From Rhodoluna sp. (GTDB lineage Bacteria > Actinomycetota > Actinomycetes > Actinomycetales > Microbacteriaceae), in assembly GCA_046094465.1 (NCBI GenBank), contig JBJTHM010000004.1, positions 1 to 42,368 on the forward strand: 42,368 nt of DNA, given 5' to 3'. How positions within the stretch are numbered: position 1 is the first letter of the stretch; every line of letters starts with the position of its first letter. The notes under the pieces were generated by a model. That model was not told the origin of the DNA. It was given only the letters and a program-made list of their open reading frames with translations, and did no database searches. A program made the position numbers and the translations under genes. Of this stretch, positions 21,350-30,240 are shown piece after piece.

Positions 21350-22177
21350 CTATGCTCCCACGCGGAAGCGAGCAAAGGCTGAAACAGTTAGCCCGCTTTG
21401 CTCCAAAACCTTACCAACGCTAACTTTGTTGTCCTTGGCAAAGTCCTGGTCCAATAGGCAGTTCTCCTTGAAGAAGCCCTTCACACGTCCTTCAACAATC
21501 TTCTCCAAAGCTGCCTCTGGCTTGCCCTCGTTGCGAGCGGTCTCAGCAGCAATTCTGCGCTCAGTCTCAACAACATCGGCTGGGACATCCGCAGAGGTTA
21601 GGTAGGTTGGGCTAAATGCTGCAATGTGAACTGCAACATCGTGAGCGGTCTCCTTGTCAGATCCACTGAAGGCAACCAAGACACCAACCTGTGGCGGAAG
21701 ATCTTTCGAAGTGCGGTGCAGGTAGGCGTCAACACTGTCTGCTGAAACAACTGCTAGGCGACGAAGTTCTACCTTCTCACCCATGATTGCTGCTTCATCG
21801 GTGATCGCATCTGCTACCGTCTTACCACCAGCAGGAGCAGCCAAAGCTGCTTCCAGAGTGGTAGCTCCAGAGGCAACAATTGCATCCGCGATCATCTCTC
21901 CCAGTGCTACGAACTTATCTGCCTTAGCAACAAAGTCGGTCTCACAGGCAAGCTCAATAAGGTAACCGGTGCCACCAGAAACACGAGCAACAACTATACC
22001 GTTTGAGGTGGTGCGGCCTTCACGCTTAGTAACGCCCTTTAGACCCTTGAGTCTTAGAACTTCCATAGCTTTGTCTAGATCGCCATTAGCCTCATCAAGA
22101 GCTGCCTTGCAGTCCATCATGCCAGCGCCTGAGCGCTCGCGAAGAGTCTTAACGTCTTGCGCGGTGTAGTTAGCCAT
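21350..22177 (-). CDS. tsf: Elongation factor Ts
   Basis: VKTLRERSGAGMMDCK, ELACETDFVAK, HIAA. Confidence 0.98.
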   Translation of the reverse strand: MANYTAQDVKTLRERSGAGMMDCKAALDEANGDLDKAMEVLRLKGLKGVTKREGRTTSNGIVVARVSGGTGYLIELACETDFVAKADKFVALGEMIADAIVASGATTLEAALAAPAGGKTVADAITDEAAIMGEKVELRRLAVVSADSVDAYLHRTSKDLPPQVGVLVAFSGSDKETAHDVAVHIAAFSPTYLTSADVPADVVETERRIAAETARNEGKPEAALEKIVEGRVKGFFKENCLLDQDFAKDNKVSVGKVLEQSGLTVSAFARFRVGA

Positions 22178-23010
22178 TACTCTTTATCCTTTACTTCTTC
22201 GGTCACACTTTCTGCAACCTGAACTTCTTCAACCTTGGCCTCCGGCTCCGCCTTAGCTTGAGCCTGATCTAGAAGCTCCTGCTCCCAGTCAGCTAGCGGC
22301 TGAACTTCTTCTGGCTTAGAGTGCTTCTTCTTTAGTCCTTCAGCAACTGCATCTGCAATGACTTTGGTCAATAGGTGCACTGAACGAATTGCATCGTCGT
22401 TACCTGGAATACCCAGGGTTACCTCATCTGGATCACAGTTGGTGTCCAAGATTCCGATTACTGGAATGCCAAGCTTCTTAGCTTCGGTGATTGCCAGGTG
22501 CTCCTTGATGGTGTCGACAACCCAGATTGCTGATGGAGTTCTGGTTACGTTACGAACACCACCTAGAGTTTTTTCAAGTTTGCTCTTCTCACGGCTAAGA
22601 ATCAAGAGTTCTTTCTTGGTGAAACCGGACTTCTTGGTGTCCTGGAAGTCCATGGTCTCTAGTTCCTTCAAACGTGCAAGACGCTTAGAAACTGTTTGGA
22701 AGTTTGTTAGTAGTCCACCCAACCAACGCTCGTTGATGTATGGCATCCCGACTCGCTGAGCTTCGGTAGCAATTGCTTCCTGAGCCTGCTTCTTTGTTCC
22801 AACAAATAGGATGCTGCCACCGTTAGCAACGATGTCGCGGACGAACTCGTATGCCTTATCGATGTGGGTGAGTGATTTTTGTAGATCGATGATGTAAATG
22901 CCTGAACGATCAGTCAGGATGTATCTCTTCATCTTTGGGTTCCAGCGTCTAGTCTGGTGACCAAAGTGAACACCGCTGTCGAGCAGCTGGCGAACTGTTA
23001 CTACTGCCAT
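22177..23010 (-). CDS. rpsB: 30S ribosomal protein S2
   Basis: [38 protein letters not shown]. Confidence 0.99.
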   Translation of the reverse strand: MAVVTVRQLLDSGVHFGHQTRRWNPKMKRYILTDRSGIYIIDLQKSLTHIDKAYEFVRDIVANGGSILFVGTKKQAQEAIATEAQRVGMPYINERWLGGLLTNFQTVSKRLARLKELETMDFQDTKKSGFTKKELLILSREKSKLEKTLGGVRNVTRTPSAIWVVDTIKEHLAITEAKKLGIPVIGILDTNCDPDEVTLGIPGNDDAIRSVHLLTKVIADAVAEGLKKKHSKPEEVQPLADWEQELLDQAQAKAEPEAKVEEVQVAESVTEEVKDKE

Positions 23011-23208
23011 GGCAGTATCTCCTTTTTTGACGCAAGTTATTGCGTCGGTCAGTTAATGGCTTTGAACGGTTGTTCAGGCCCCTGGTGTCGCAACCGATAA
23101 ACCCAAACAAGTTGGGACCGACTACCGATTGTGCTTCGACACGCGAAGTCGATAGGCACGCGAGAAACCTAAGGTTTATTTCTAAGGATTTCTAGCGAAC
23201 TTACCGCT
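23011..23208 (-). ncRNA. Structured rpsB 5' leader (t44/S2-leader-like)
   Basis: About 200 nt downstream of promoter TGGATA-N17-TATAGT; nested stems GTGTCG/CGACAC and CAATCGGTA/TATCGGTTG, plus hairpin GACGCAA/TTGCGTC before the SD. Confidence 0.6.
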
Positions 23209-23214
23209 TCCACA

Positions 23215-23243
23215 ACTATACCAGCCACTAACTGGGCTATCCA
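23215..23243 (-). promoter_or_regulatory. rpsB-tsf promoter
   Basis: TGGATA-N17-TATAGT with extended TGn. Confidence 0.6.
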
Positions 23244-23296
23244 CCCCTAGATCCGAACCCTTCGAAAGAGCAGGCATTCTGTTAGAAGATGACCAG

Positions 23297-23761
23297 ATGA
23301 TGCCCTTTCTGCTGGTTTTTAGCCTCATGGCAAACCTCATATCTCCTACGTCTGAAATCTGGTTTCTGCCAATAGCAGGTGGAGAGATAGTCAGGCCCTT
23401 CAGAGCGCCAGAAACCCCCTATGGGCCAGGTCATCGAGGAATAGATATCAGTGCCGCCATGAACAACCCTGTTTTATCCCCTACTGACGGGACGATTAGT
23501 TTCATCGGGAAGGTTGGCTACAGGAACCTAGTCACTGTTGAAACCCCACAGGGCTTTATGACCATGGAGCCAGTCTGTTCTGAAATGTTAGTCGGGGAAC
23601 CAATCCAAGCAGGTTCTGAGATAGGTTCGGTATGTTTACCAGATCCAGAGTATGTGTGGCACTGCGGTGAGTGTTTCCACCTAGGGCTCAGAACCGAATC
23701 CGGTTACCTCTCGCCTGAACTATATCTGGGTGGTCTAACGCCTTCCCGATTGCTTCCCTAA
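23297..23761 (+). CDS. M23 family peptidase-like protein
   Basis: Hydrophobic N-terminus, PYGPGHRGIDI (HxxxD), HC..CFHLG; conserved divergent position next to rpsB. Confidence 0.85.
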   Translation: MMPFLLVFSLMANLISPTSEIWFLPIAGGEIVRPFRAPETPYGPGHRGIDISAAMNNPVLSPTDGTISFIGKVGYRNLVTVETPQGFMTMEPVCSEMLVGEPIQAGSEIGSVCLPDPEYVWHCGECFHLGLRTESGYLSPELYLGGLTPSRLLP

Positions 23762-24660
23762 GCCCGAGGGTGAGCGTTTTTATATCCCTCGCGGAGTCTT
23801 TCAACAGAGACGTGAGTGTAAATCTGAGTGGTACCCAAACTTGCATGGCCGAGAAGTTCTTGGACAGCTCTTAGATCTGCGCCTCCGTCCAACAGATGTG
23901 TAGCTGCAGTGTGTCGCAGGGTGTGTGGACCTGAGGGGCCAGTTGGAGTATCTGCCAATAAAGATGCAACAAGTTGGTATACCGATCGAACTCCCAGTCG
24001 CTTTCCTTTGGAATTCAATAGCAGTGCAGTTTCGGATGGAGCGGGATTGAATCTGTCTCGGATTTCAAGATATGCATTCAGTGCATCTTTGGCTGGCAAA
24101 CCAAAAGGAACCACCCGCTCCTTTGCACCTTTACCTAGCACTCGAATAATGTTTCTGGATTGATCAACCGAAAGAATATCCAGCCCGCATAGTTCACTCA
24201 CTCTGATACCAGTGGCATAGAGCATCTCAAAAACCAGCCTGTCTCTTACAGCTGTCGGATCATTTGTGCTTGCCATTGTTTCTAAGTGCTCAAAAATATC
24301 TTTCAATGAATCCTTAGAGACAACTTTAGGAAGATGCCTTGAGGCTTTAGGAGATTTCAGACGCTGACCTGGGTCAGCTGCAATTATTCCCTCGCTGTGC
24401 GCCCAGGCGGTAAATGATCTGATTGCGGCACTTTTTCTAGCCAAGGTTGAGTTAGTCGCATCTCTCTGGCTGACTTCCCAAAGCCACTGCCTTAGCAATG
24501 CAAGATCAAGTTCAGCTAGGTTGGTTATCTTGCCGTCGAGAAAGCTAACCAGATCTAACACATCCGTCAGATAGCTCTTCACAGTATTGGCCGAGTACCC
24601 CTTGAGGGTTGCCAGAGCGTCGGCGAACCGATGAGCAATCTGAGTCAATTGAAGCGACAT
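23758..24660 (-). CDS. xerC: Tyrosine recombinase XerC
   Basis: YATGIRVSEL, GKGAKER, PHTLRH, ELLGH, TTQIYTH. Start set at ATG 24660, downstream of the dprA stop and 6 nt from -10 TACAGT. Confidence 0.92.
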   Translation of the reverse strand: MSLQLTQIAHRFADALATLKGYSANTVKSYLTDVLDLVSFLDGKITNLAELDLALLRQWLWEVSQRDATNSTLARKSAAIRSFTAWAHSEGIIAADPGQRLKSPKASRHLPKVVSKDSLKDIFEHLETMASTNDPTAVRDRLVFEMLYATGIRVSELCGLDILSVDQSRNIIRVLGKGAKERVVPFGLPAKDALNAYLEIRDRFNPAPSETALLLNSKGKRLGVRSVYQLVASLLADTPTGPSGPHTLRHTAATHLLDGGADLRAVQELLGHASLGTTQIYTHVSVERLREGYKNAHPRA

Positions 24661-24673
24661 ATACAAACTGTAA

Positions 24674-25780
24674 TCAGAGTTTCTGCCAGCCCTCGGAAAT
24701 TCTGCGAACCAGATTAGCCCTGGCAAGTCTTTCCAGAGTGTTACCAGCATCAACCAGAGTCATACCGGAGAGTTTTGCCACAACAGACACTGGGCAGATT
24801 CCTCGTCCCAGAGCATCTAATACTCGTAACTCATAAGAGTTCTGCGGCTTGGCAATGACCTCGTCTTCGGCAGAAAATCCCATGAGCTCCAAAAGTTGAC
24901 CTGGTGTGGCTATCAACTCGGCACGACGCTCTCTGATCAACCTGTGACAGCCTTGAGATCTGACCGAGTCAACTCGACCCGGTATTGCTCCGACGGGGCG
25001 ATTGAGTTCATTTGCATGCCCAGCTGTATTGATTGATCCAGATCGAAAACCAGCTTCAACGACTAAAGTGGCATTTCCGAGAGCAGCAATCAGTCGATTG
25101 CGTTGCAAAAAGCGCCACCTCGATGGACGCACAGCAGGTGGCATCTCAGAAATAATCGCACCCCGAGATGCCACCTCTTCAAAGAGTTCCAAATTGTGTT
25201 TTGGATAAAGATGGTCAAGCCCACCAGCCATAACCACCCACGTGCTGCCTCCAGAATCCATTGCAGTTCGACTCGCTTGAGCATCAATACCCAGCGCACC
25301 GCCAGAAACAACTATCCAGTCTTGAGTTGTAGAAAAACTAACCAGGCTTTGAGTCATCGCCAAGCCATAGTCGCTAGCAATTCTGGAACCGACTACGGAT
25401 ATTCGATCCTGCGCTGTCTGCAGAGTGCCAATCAGCCAGAGACCAACCGGGGTGCTGTAGTGCAAATCATTTATTTGTTCTGGCCAGCTCTCACTTTCAC
25501 TGGTTATAAATTTGCCGCCGAGTGAATGTATTTGTTCCAAGGCGCGTTTGGGGTCGGCATCGGTTAGCCTTCTGCGCCAACACTCTAAGCCATCTTCTAA
25601 AGTGTTTAGAAAGCCTTCTGGTCGAAAGTGATCCCATGGAAGTTTCTCTGCTAATTCTTTAGAAGTTATCTTTGATCTAACTAAATCCAGTGAACTTGCT
25701 AGTCCAAAGGTTTCTCTTAGGTAGCCAGCTAGGGAATCCCCCGGCTCAGTAATCAGTGACCAGGTAACGGCATCTATCAC
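24674..25780 (-). CDS. dprA: DNA-processing protein DprA
   Basis: VVGSR, VSGGALGID, RFLQRNRLIAAL, VVEAGFRSGS. Confidence 0.95.
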   Translation of the reverse strand: MIDAVTWSLITEPGDSLAGYLRETFGLASSLDLVRSKITSKELAEKLPWDHFRPEGFLNTLEDGLECWRRRLTDADPKRALEQIHSLGGKFITSESESWPEQINDLHYSTPVGLWLIGTLQTAQDRISVVGSRIASDYGLAMTQSLVSFSTTQDWIVVSGGALGIDAQASRTAMDSGGSTWVVMAGGLDHLYPKHNLELFEEVASRGAIISEMPPAVRPSRWRFLQRNRLIAALGNATLVVEAGFRSGSINTAGHANELNRPVGAIPGRVDSVRSQGCHRLIRERRAELIATPGQLLELMGFSAEDEVIAKPQNSYELRVLDALGRGICPVSVVAKLSGMTLVDAGNTLERLARANLVRRISEGWQKL

Positions 25781-25841
25781 TCAACCGAGTATGAAATAAA
25801 AGCACACTACAAACTAAAGTTTTCTAAAATTGTTGAAAACT

Positions 25842-26171
25842 TTAGGGGTTATCTCCAACGGTTAGCTCCTTGGGAAGGTCAAAAGCTTTCCCGGTCAGTT
25901 CTTCGATGTTCACATCTTTGAAGGTAAGCACTCGGACATTCTTTACAAAGCGATCGGTGCGGTAAATATCCCAAACCCAAACATCAGTCAGGTGCAGTTC
26001 AAAATAAAAATCAGTTTCCGTATCGATGCGCTTGAATTCGACTTCGTTGGCTAAATATAACCTGCGCTCAGTTTCAATAACAAAGCGGAAAGTGTCTACG
26101 ACGCTGCGATACTCGCGGAACAGGGCCAGCTCGGCTTCCCTGTCATAGTCTTCAAATTCGTTCTCTTCCAT
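25842..26171 (-). CDS. DUF2469 family protein
   Basis: ELALFREY, ETERRLYLAN, DVWVWDIYR..RFV; conserved position downstream of rnhB. Confidence 0.92.
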   Translation of the reverse strand: MEENEFEDYDREAELALFREYRSVVDTFRFVIETERRLYLANEVEFKRIDTETDFYFELHLTDVWVWDIYRTDRFVKNVRVLTFKDVNIEELTGKAFDLPKELTVGDNP

Positions 26172-26183
26172 GTGATGGCTAGT

Positions 26184-26822
26184 CTACCCCTGAAGAATCT
26201 TGCCTAGCCAACTGATTCGATGAATTGGGCTGGGACCTCTGTCTAAAAGCGCACTACGGTGTTTTGCCGAGGCATATCCCTTGTTGGAGGCTAAATCATA
26301 GCCATCGTGAACCTGAGCTAAATCCAGCATGATCCTGTCCCTGGTAACTTTGGCCAGTACTGAAGCAGCGGCGACAGAGACGCATTCCTGATCTGCCTTC
26401 ACCTTGGTGACAACTGGAGAGGCTAGTTTCAGTTCAGCAAGATAATTGACGTTCCCATCTAGTACCACGGTGCAGTCGTAAAACGCATCGAGTTCATCCA
26501 AGGCACGCCTTGCCGCAAGAGCCATGGCCTGCATGATGCCAAACTGCTCTATTTCTTCAACGGTTCCTGAGCCAACGGAGTAGGAAGCAACAAAAGCTTG
26601 TAGTTCAGGAATCAAAGCTTCTCGGGATTTTTCCGAAAGGAGCTTGCTGTCTTTTAGATTCTTAGGCCACTGAATCTCTTTTGCCAAATCAATTACAGCT
26701 GCCCCAACCATCACGGGACCAGCAATGCAACCTCTACCGACTTCATCCAACCCGATGATAAAACGGGTCCCTAAAGTTTTTTCAAACTCAAGGCTTGGCA
26801 GCAGGGACGTTTTTGAAGACAT
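26184..26822 (-). CDS. rnhB: Ribonuclease HII
   Basis: GLDEVGRG..AGP, DSKLL, LDG, AAASVLAKVTRD, NKGY, HR. Confidence 0.96.
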   Translation of the reverse strand: MSSKTSLLPSLEFEKTLGTRFIIGLDEVGRGCIAGPVMVGAAVIDLAKEIQWPKNLKDSKLLSEKSREALIPELQAFVASYSVGSGTVEEIEQFGIMQAMALAARRALDELDAFYDCTVVLDGNVNYLAELKLASPVVTKVKADQECVSVAAASVLAKVTRDRIMLDLAQVHDGYDLASNKGYASAKHRSALLDRGPSPIHRISWLGKILQG

Positions 26823-27549
26823 CTGAATAATTATCTAACCAGGTGATGTGGTTAAAAGGCCAAGAGATCACAAAGGCTCTTCCCACTATATATTCTTTTG
26901 CAACAAAACCTTTACCCGGTGTGTTTGGGTGATAGCGAGAGTCTTCTGAGTTTCCGCGGTTATCTCCTAAAACCCAGATCGAATCTTTTGGAACCACGAC
27001 ATCAAACTCTGTATCGGAGGGGTTTGAACCTTTGGCAACGTACGGTTCAACAATCGGTTCACCGTTTATGGTTATGCGATTATTCGCATCACAGCAAACA
27101 ACATGGTCGCCACCGATGCCAATAACTCTCTTAACTAAATGCTGGTCGTTATCTGGCGAGGTGAGACCTGCCACCGAAAGGAACCAATCTCCTATTTGAG
27201 CTAGTGGATGTTTAGGCTCGGGCTGTTCGATATAACCGAGCCAATCACCAGGGTCTTTGAAAACTACAACATCGCCACGTTCAATTGGAATCACATTTGG
27301 GACTAACTGATTGACGATGATTCGATCATTGATCTGCAAGGTATCAAACATTGAACCGGATGGAATATAGAAACTTCTAAACAGGAAGGTCTTCACTAAA
27401 GAGGAAATCACCAGCGCCCAAAAGACAATGGTTAGAGTGTCGATAACTAAGGCAAGTAAAGAGTTCTTCTTTTTTAGTTGACGAAGTTTGATTCGGGCCT
27501 CTTTGAATGGACCTCTAGGATCTTTTTCGACCTTCTCTTTTTTTGCCAT
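26788..27549 (-). CDS. lepB: Signal peptidase I
   Basis: IPSGSM (Ser), VKRVIG (Lys), GDNRGNSEDSR. Confidence 0.96.
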   Translation of the reverse strand: MAKKEKVEKDPRGPFKEARIKLRQLKKKNSLLALVIDTLTIVFWALVISSLVKTFLFRSFYIPSGSMFDTLQINDRIIVNQLVPNVIPIERGDVVVFKDPGDWLGYIEQPEPKHPLAQIGDWFLSVAGLTSPDNDQHLVKRVIGIGGDHVVCCDANNRITINGEPIVEPYVAKGSNPSDTEFDVVVPKDSIWVLGDNRGNSEDSRYHPNTPGKGFVAKEYIVGRAFVISWPFNHITWLDNYSDVFKNVPAAKP

Positions 27550-27591
27550 AGTTCTAGGCTAAACCTTGTGCCTGATAACTGGCTGGAAGGC

Positions 27592-27951
27592 TTATTCCTG
27601 ACCCTGGTTGTCGCGCTTCTCGCGAATCTTAGCCTTCTTACCGCGTAGGTCACGTAGGTAGTAAAGCTTGGCACGACGAACAGCACCCCTGGTAACCAAC
27701 TCAATCTTGTCAATTACTGGTGAGTGAACTGGGAAAGTTCTTTCAACACCAACCTGGAAAGAAACCTTACGAACGGTAAATGTCTCACGGACACCTGAAC
27801 CTGATCTACGGATTACAATTCCCTGGAAAACCTGGATACGGCTACGGTTACCTTCGATGATGTTTACGTGAACCTTAACGGTGTCACCAACACGAAATTC
27901 TGGGATGTCTGATTTGAGACTTGCTTTATCGACTGAGTCTAGAGTCTGCAT
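27592..27951 (-). CDS. rplS: 50S ribosomal protein L19
   Basis: [33 protein letters not shown]. Confidence 0.99.
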   Translation of the reverse strand: MQTLDSVDKASLKSDIPEFRVGDTVKVHVNIIEGNRSRIQVFQGIVIRRSGSGVRETFTVRKVSFQVGVERTFPVHSPVIDKIELVTRGAVRRAKLYYLRDLRGKKAKIREKRDNQGQE

Positions 27952-28056
27952 TTTTATTTCGCCTTCCTTTTTGCGCGCAGGTCAAATCGGGTATCTGAGT
28001 TTTATCTTTACTGCCGGTGCTCCCCTGCGGCGGAGCGTCATTTAGGCAACCTGTAT

Positions 28057-28086
28057 ATCTTGCCACAGTTGGCCAGTCAAAAGCAA
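28057..28086 (-). promoter_or_regulatory. rplS promoter
   Basis: TTGCTT-N18-CAAGAT with extended TGn. Confidence 0.5.
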
Positions 28087-28088
28087 AG

Positions 28089-28772
28089 CTAATCTAGAAG
28101 ATCTGGGCGAATTGCCTTGGTTCTAGCAATTGCCTGCTCCAGTTGCCATTTGGCTATTTCGGCATGATTACCAGAGCGAAGCACCTCTGGAACCTCAAAG
28201 CCTCGCCAAGAGGCAGGCTTGGTGTAGCTCGGATACTCCAGTAGCCCCTGGCTGTGCGACTCCTCAACAAGGCTCTCAGAATTACCAATTACCCCCGGTA
28301 CTAACCTAGCTATTGCCTCAATCATGGCTAGGGCGGCCACCTCACCGCCATTTAGGACATAATCGCCGAGGCTTATCACTCGAAGATCAGCTTTGGTTTT
28401 AGCCCAGTCAAACACGCGCTGGTCAATGCCCTCATACCTGCCACAGGCAAAAACCAAATGTTCCTTTTTAGCTAGTTCACTGGCTAGCTGCTGGGTGAAT
28501 AGATGACCAGCCGGTGAAGGAATCACCAGCACTGTTGAGCCGTCTGGATTTAGTAATTCATCCAGTGCCTCACCCCATGGCTCTGCCTTCATGAGCATTC
28601 CAGCGCCGCCGCCGTATGGTGCATCGTCTACAGTTTTGTGCTTGTCATGGGTGAAATCTCGAAGGTTTATCGCCTTGAAATCCAGCACCTGATTCTCTTG
28701 GGCCTTACCAATGAGGGATATGTCTAAAACATCAAAATACTCTGGAAAAATGCTCACTGCTTCAATGCGCAT
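28089..28772 (-). CDS. trmD: tRNA (guanine-N1)-methyltransferase
   Basis: [33 protein letters not shown]. Confidence 0.98.
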   Translation of the reverse strand: MRIEAVSIFPEYFDVLDISLIGKAQENQVLDFKAINLRDFTHDKHKTVDDAPYGGGAGMLMKAEPWGEALDELLNPDGSTVLVIPSPAGHLFTQQLASELAKKEHLVFACGRYEGIDQRVFDWAKTKADLRVISLGDYVLNGGEVAALAMIEAIARLVPGVIGNSESLVEESHSQGLLEYPSYTKPASWRGFEVPEVLRSGNHAEIAKWQLEQAIARTKAIRPDLLD

Positions 28773-29315
28773 CTACTGTTCCTCAATCTCTTCAAACAAA
28801 CCAAGCGGAGGTGTAATAATTACCTGCCCAGCTTCGATGTTTACCTCAGGAACAATCTGCTTCACAAAAGGCACCATCACCTCGGTGTCGTTGTAATCAA
28901 TTACAAGTAAATCCTGAGCTGGTAAATGCTCAACACGAGCAACCTGACCTATTGTCTTTCCATCTCGAATAACACTCAAACCCACCAGTTGCTGGTCGTA
29001 CCACGCGTCGGGTTCGGTTGGTGCTTGTGCTAAGTCCTGTTGGACTAAAAGGATTGCCTTGATCAGGCTTTCAGCCTGAGTTCGATCTTCAATCCCCTCA
29101 AGAAAAATCACCGGCTGATTGTTATACCAACGGAGCTCTTTGACAGTTACGGTTTTACCGTACCAGTCGGAAGTTTCAGGGACTTGAAGTGTGAAGGTGG
29201 CACCTGGAACAAAACGTTCATTAGGTGAATCGGTATAGAGCTCTAATTTGATAGCGCCTTTGAGGCCGTGTGCCTTTAGTAAACGGCCGACCCTGAGACT
29301 GGTTTGATTAGAAAT
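28773..29315 (-). CDS. rimM: Ribosome maturation factor RimM (non-canonical ATT start proposed)
   Basis: The frame extends upstream of GTG 29111 as ISNQTSLRVGRLLKAHGLKGAIKLELYTDSPNERF, the conserved RimM N-domain. It is bounded by in-frame TAG TAG and has no ATG/GTG/TTG in the extension. C-terminal PRC barrel (PAQDLL, VPFV, PPLGL). Confidence 0.9.
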   Translation of the reverse strand: MSNQTSLRVGRLLKAHGLKGAIKLELYTDSPNERFVPGATFTLQVPETSDWYGKTVTVKELRWYNNQPVIFLEGIEDRTQAESLIKAILLVQQDLAQAPTEPDAWYDQQLVGLSVIRDGKTIGQVARVEHLPAQDLLVIDYNDTEVMVPFVKQIVPEVNIEAGQVIITPPLGLFEEIEEQ

Positions 29316-29544
29316 CGCTGTCTACTACGTCTACGCGCACCTTCTTGCCATCGGCAAGAGCATTGATTACGGTGCGAAGAGCTTTGGCGGTGCGGCCTTT
29401 GCGCCCGATCACTCGACCGAGATCATCTGGGTGAACATGTATTTCTAGAAGTTCACCGCGGTTAGTTGATCTCTCAGTCACCGTTGCATCATCTGGATGG
29501 TCAACGATTCCTTTTACCAAGTGTTCGAGCGCAGCAGCTAGCAC
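29308..29544 (-). CDS. khpA: KH-domain RNA-binding protein
   Basis: DLGRVIGRKGRTAKALRTV (GxxG loop); lies between rpsP and rimM. Confidence 0.93.
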   Translation of the reverse strand: MLAAALEHLVKGIVDHPDDATVTERSTNRGELLEIHVHPDDLGRVIGRKGRTAKALRTVINALADGKKVRVDVVDSDF

Positions 29545-29547
29545 GAT

Positions 29548-30111
29548 TTAGGCCTCTTCTTTGTTTTCTTCAGCAGCAGGAGTCTCTTCGGTTCCGGCAG
29601 CCTCTTCGGCAGCCTCTACAGTAGGCTCCGTTGGATCCTCGGCTGCTGGAGCTTCAGCAACAGTCTCTTCTGTCACAACTTCAGCAACAGCTTCTTCAGC
29701 TACCGGAGTTTCTTCAACCGCAGCCTCTGAAACCTCTTCGCCCTTAGGCTTTAGTTTGATTTCTTCACGAGGCTTTAGAACTGGCTTCTTTTGAGTGTTA
29801 GCGACGAAAGCTTCCTTTGTAGTCTGAGGCTTCACCTGGCTCTTTGCCGATGCGTCACCCTTTGACTTTTGGAAGTCACCAGTCAACTTCAAAAGCGCTT
29901 CAACCTGCTCGGTTGGTTGAGCACCAACACCTAGCCAGTAAACTGCACGGTCTGAATTGATTTCAATGATTGATGGTTCAGTGGTTGGTACGTAACGACC
30001 GATCTCTTCGATTACGCGGCCATCACGCTTAGTGCGTGAATCAGCGACGACGATACGGTAGTGCGGCGACTTGAGCTTGCCAAGACGCTTTAGGCGGATT
30101 TTTACAGCCAC
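29548..30111 (-). CDS. rpsP: 30S ribosomal protein S16 with long acidic C-terminal tail
   Basis: [29 protein letters not shown]; AGGAG SD. Confidence 0.98.
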   Translation of the reverse strand: MAVKIRLKRLGKLKSPHYRIVVADSRTKRDGRVIEEIGRYVPTTEPSIIEINSDRAVYWLGVGAQPTEQVEALLKLTGDFQKSKGDASAKSQVKPQTTKEAFVANTQKKPVLKPREEIKLKPKGEEVSEAAVEETPVAEEAVAEVVTEETVAEAPAAEDPTEPTVEAAEEAAGTEETPAAEENKEEA

Positions 30112-30234
30112 AATGCTCCTGTTAGTTATGTATTGGGGCGAACGATCAACCGTGAGCGTGGGGGCACACTCGGTATTCTTGCTCTAATGGGGTTGCCGGC
30201 TCCAGTTTGGTTAGAGGGTCAAACTGCGGGCAAC
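30112..30234 (-). promoter_or_regulatory. Structured rpsP 5' leader
   Basis: Stems GTTGCC/GGCAAC enclosing CAGTTTG/CAAACTG, and GAGTGTG-CCCC-CACGCTC. Confidence 0.5.
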
Positions 30235-30240
30235 TTGTTT

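Noticed and set aside
23063-23076. GAAC-N4-GTTC resembling a LexA box
   Set aside because: Flanks are T/A rather than C/G, and it lies deep in the rpsB leader where it is better explained as an RNA hairpin.
23297-23761. M23 HxH motif replaced by CxH as a novel catalytic variant
   Set aside because: From memory this is normal for the rpsB-adjacent actinobacterial M23 subfamily.
23758-24660. Tyrosine recombinase as a possible integrase of a mobile element
   Set aside because: Sequence and dprA/M23/rpsB context match housekeeping XerC; no att repeats or cargo genes.
28773-29111. rimM as a truncated gene or pseudogene
   Set aside because: The upstream frame is open and encodes an intact conserved N-domain; only the start codon is atypical.
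29548-29760. Repetitive Glu/Ala-rich tail of S16 as a repeat element
   Set aside because: Low-complexity acidic extension common in actinobacterial S16; no exact DNA repeat unit.
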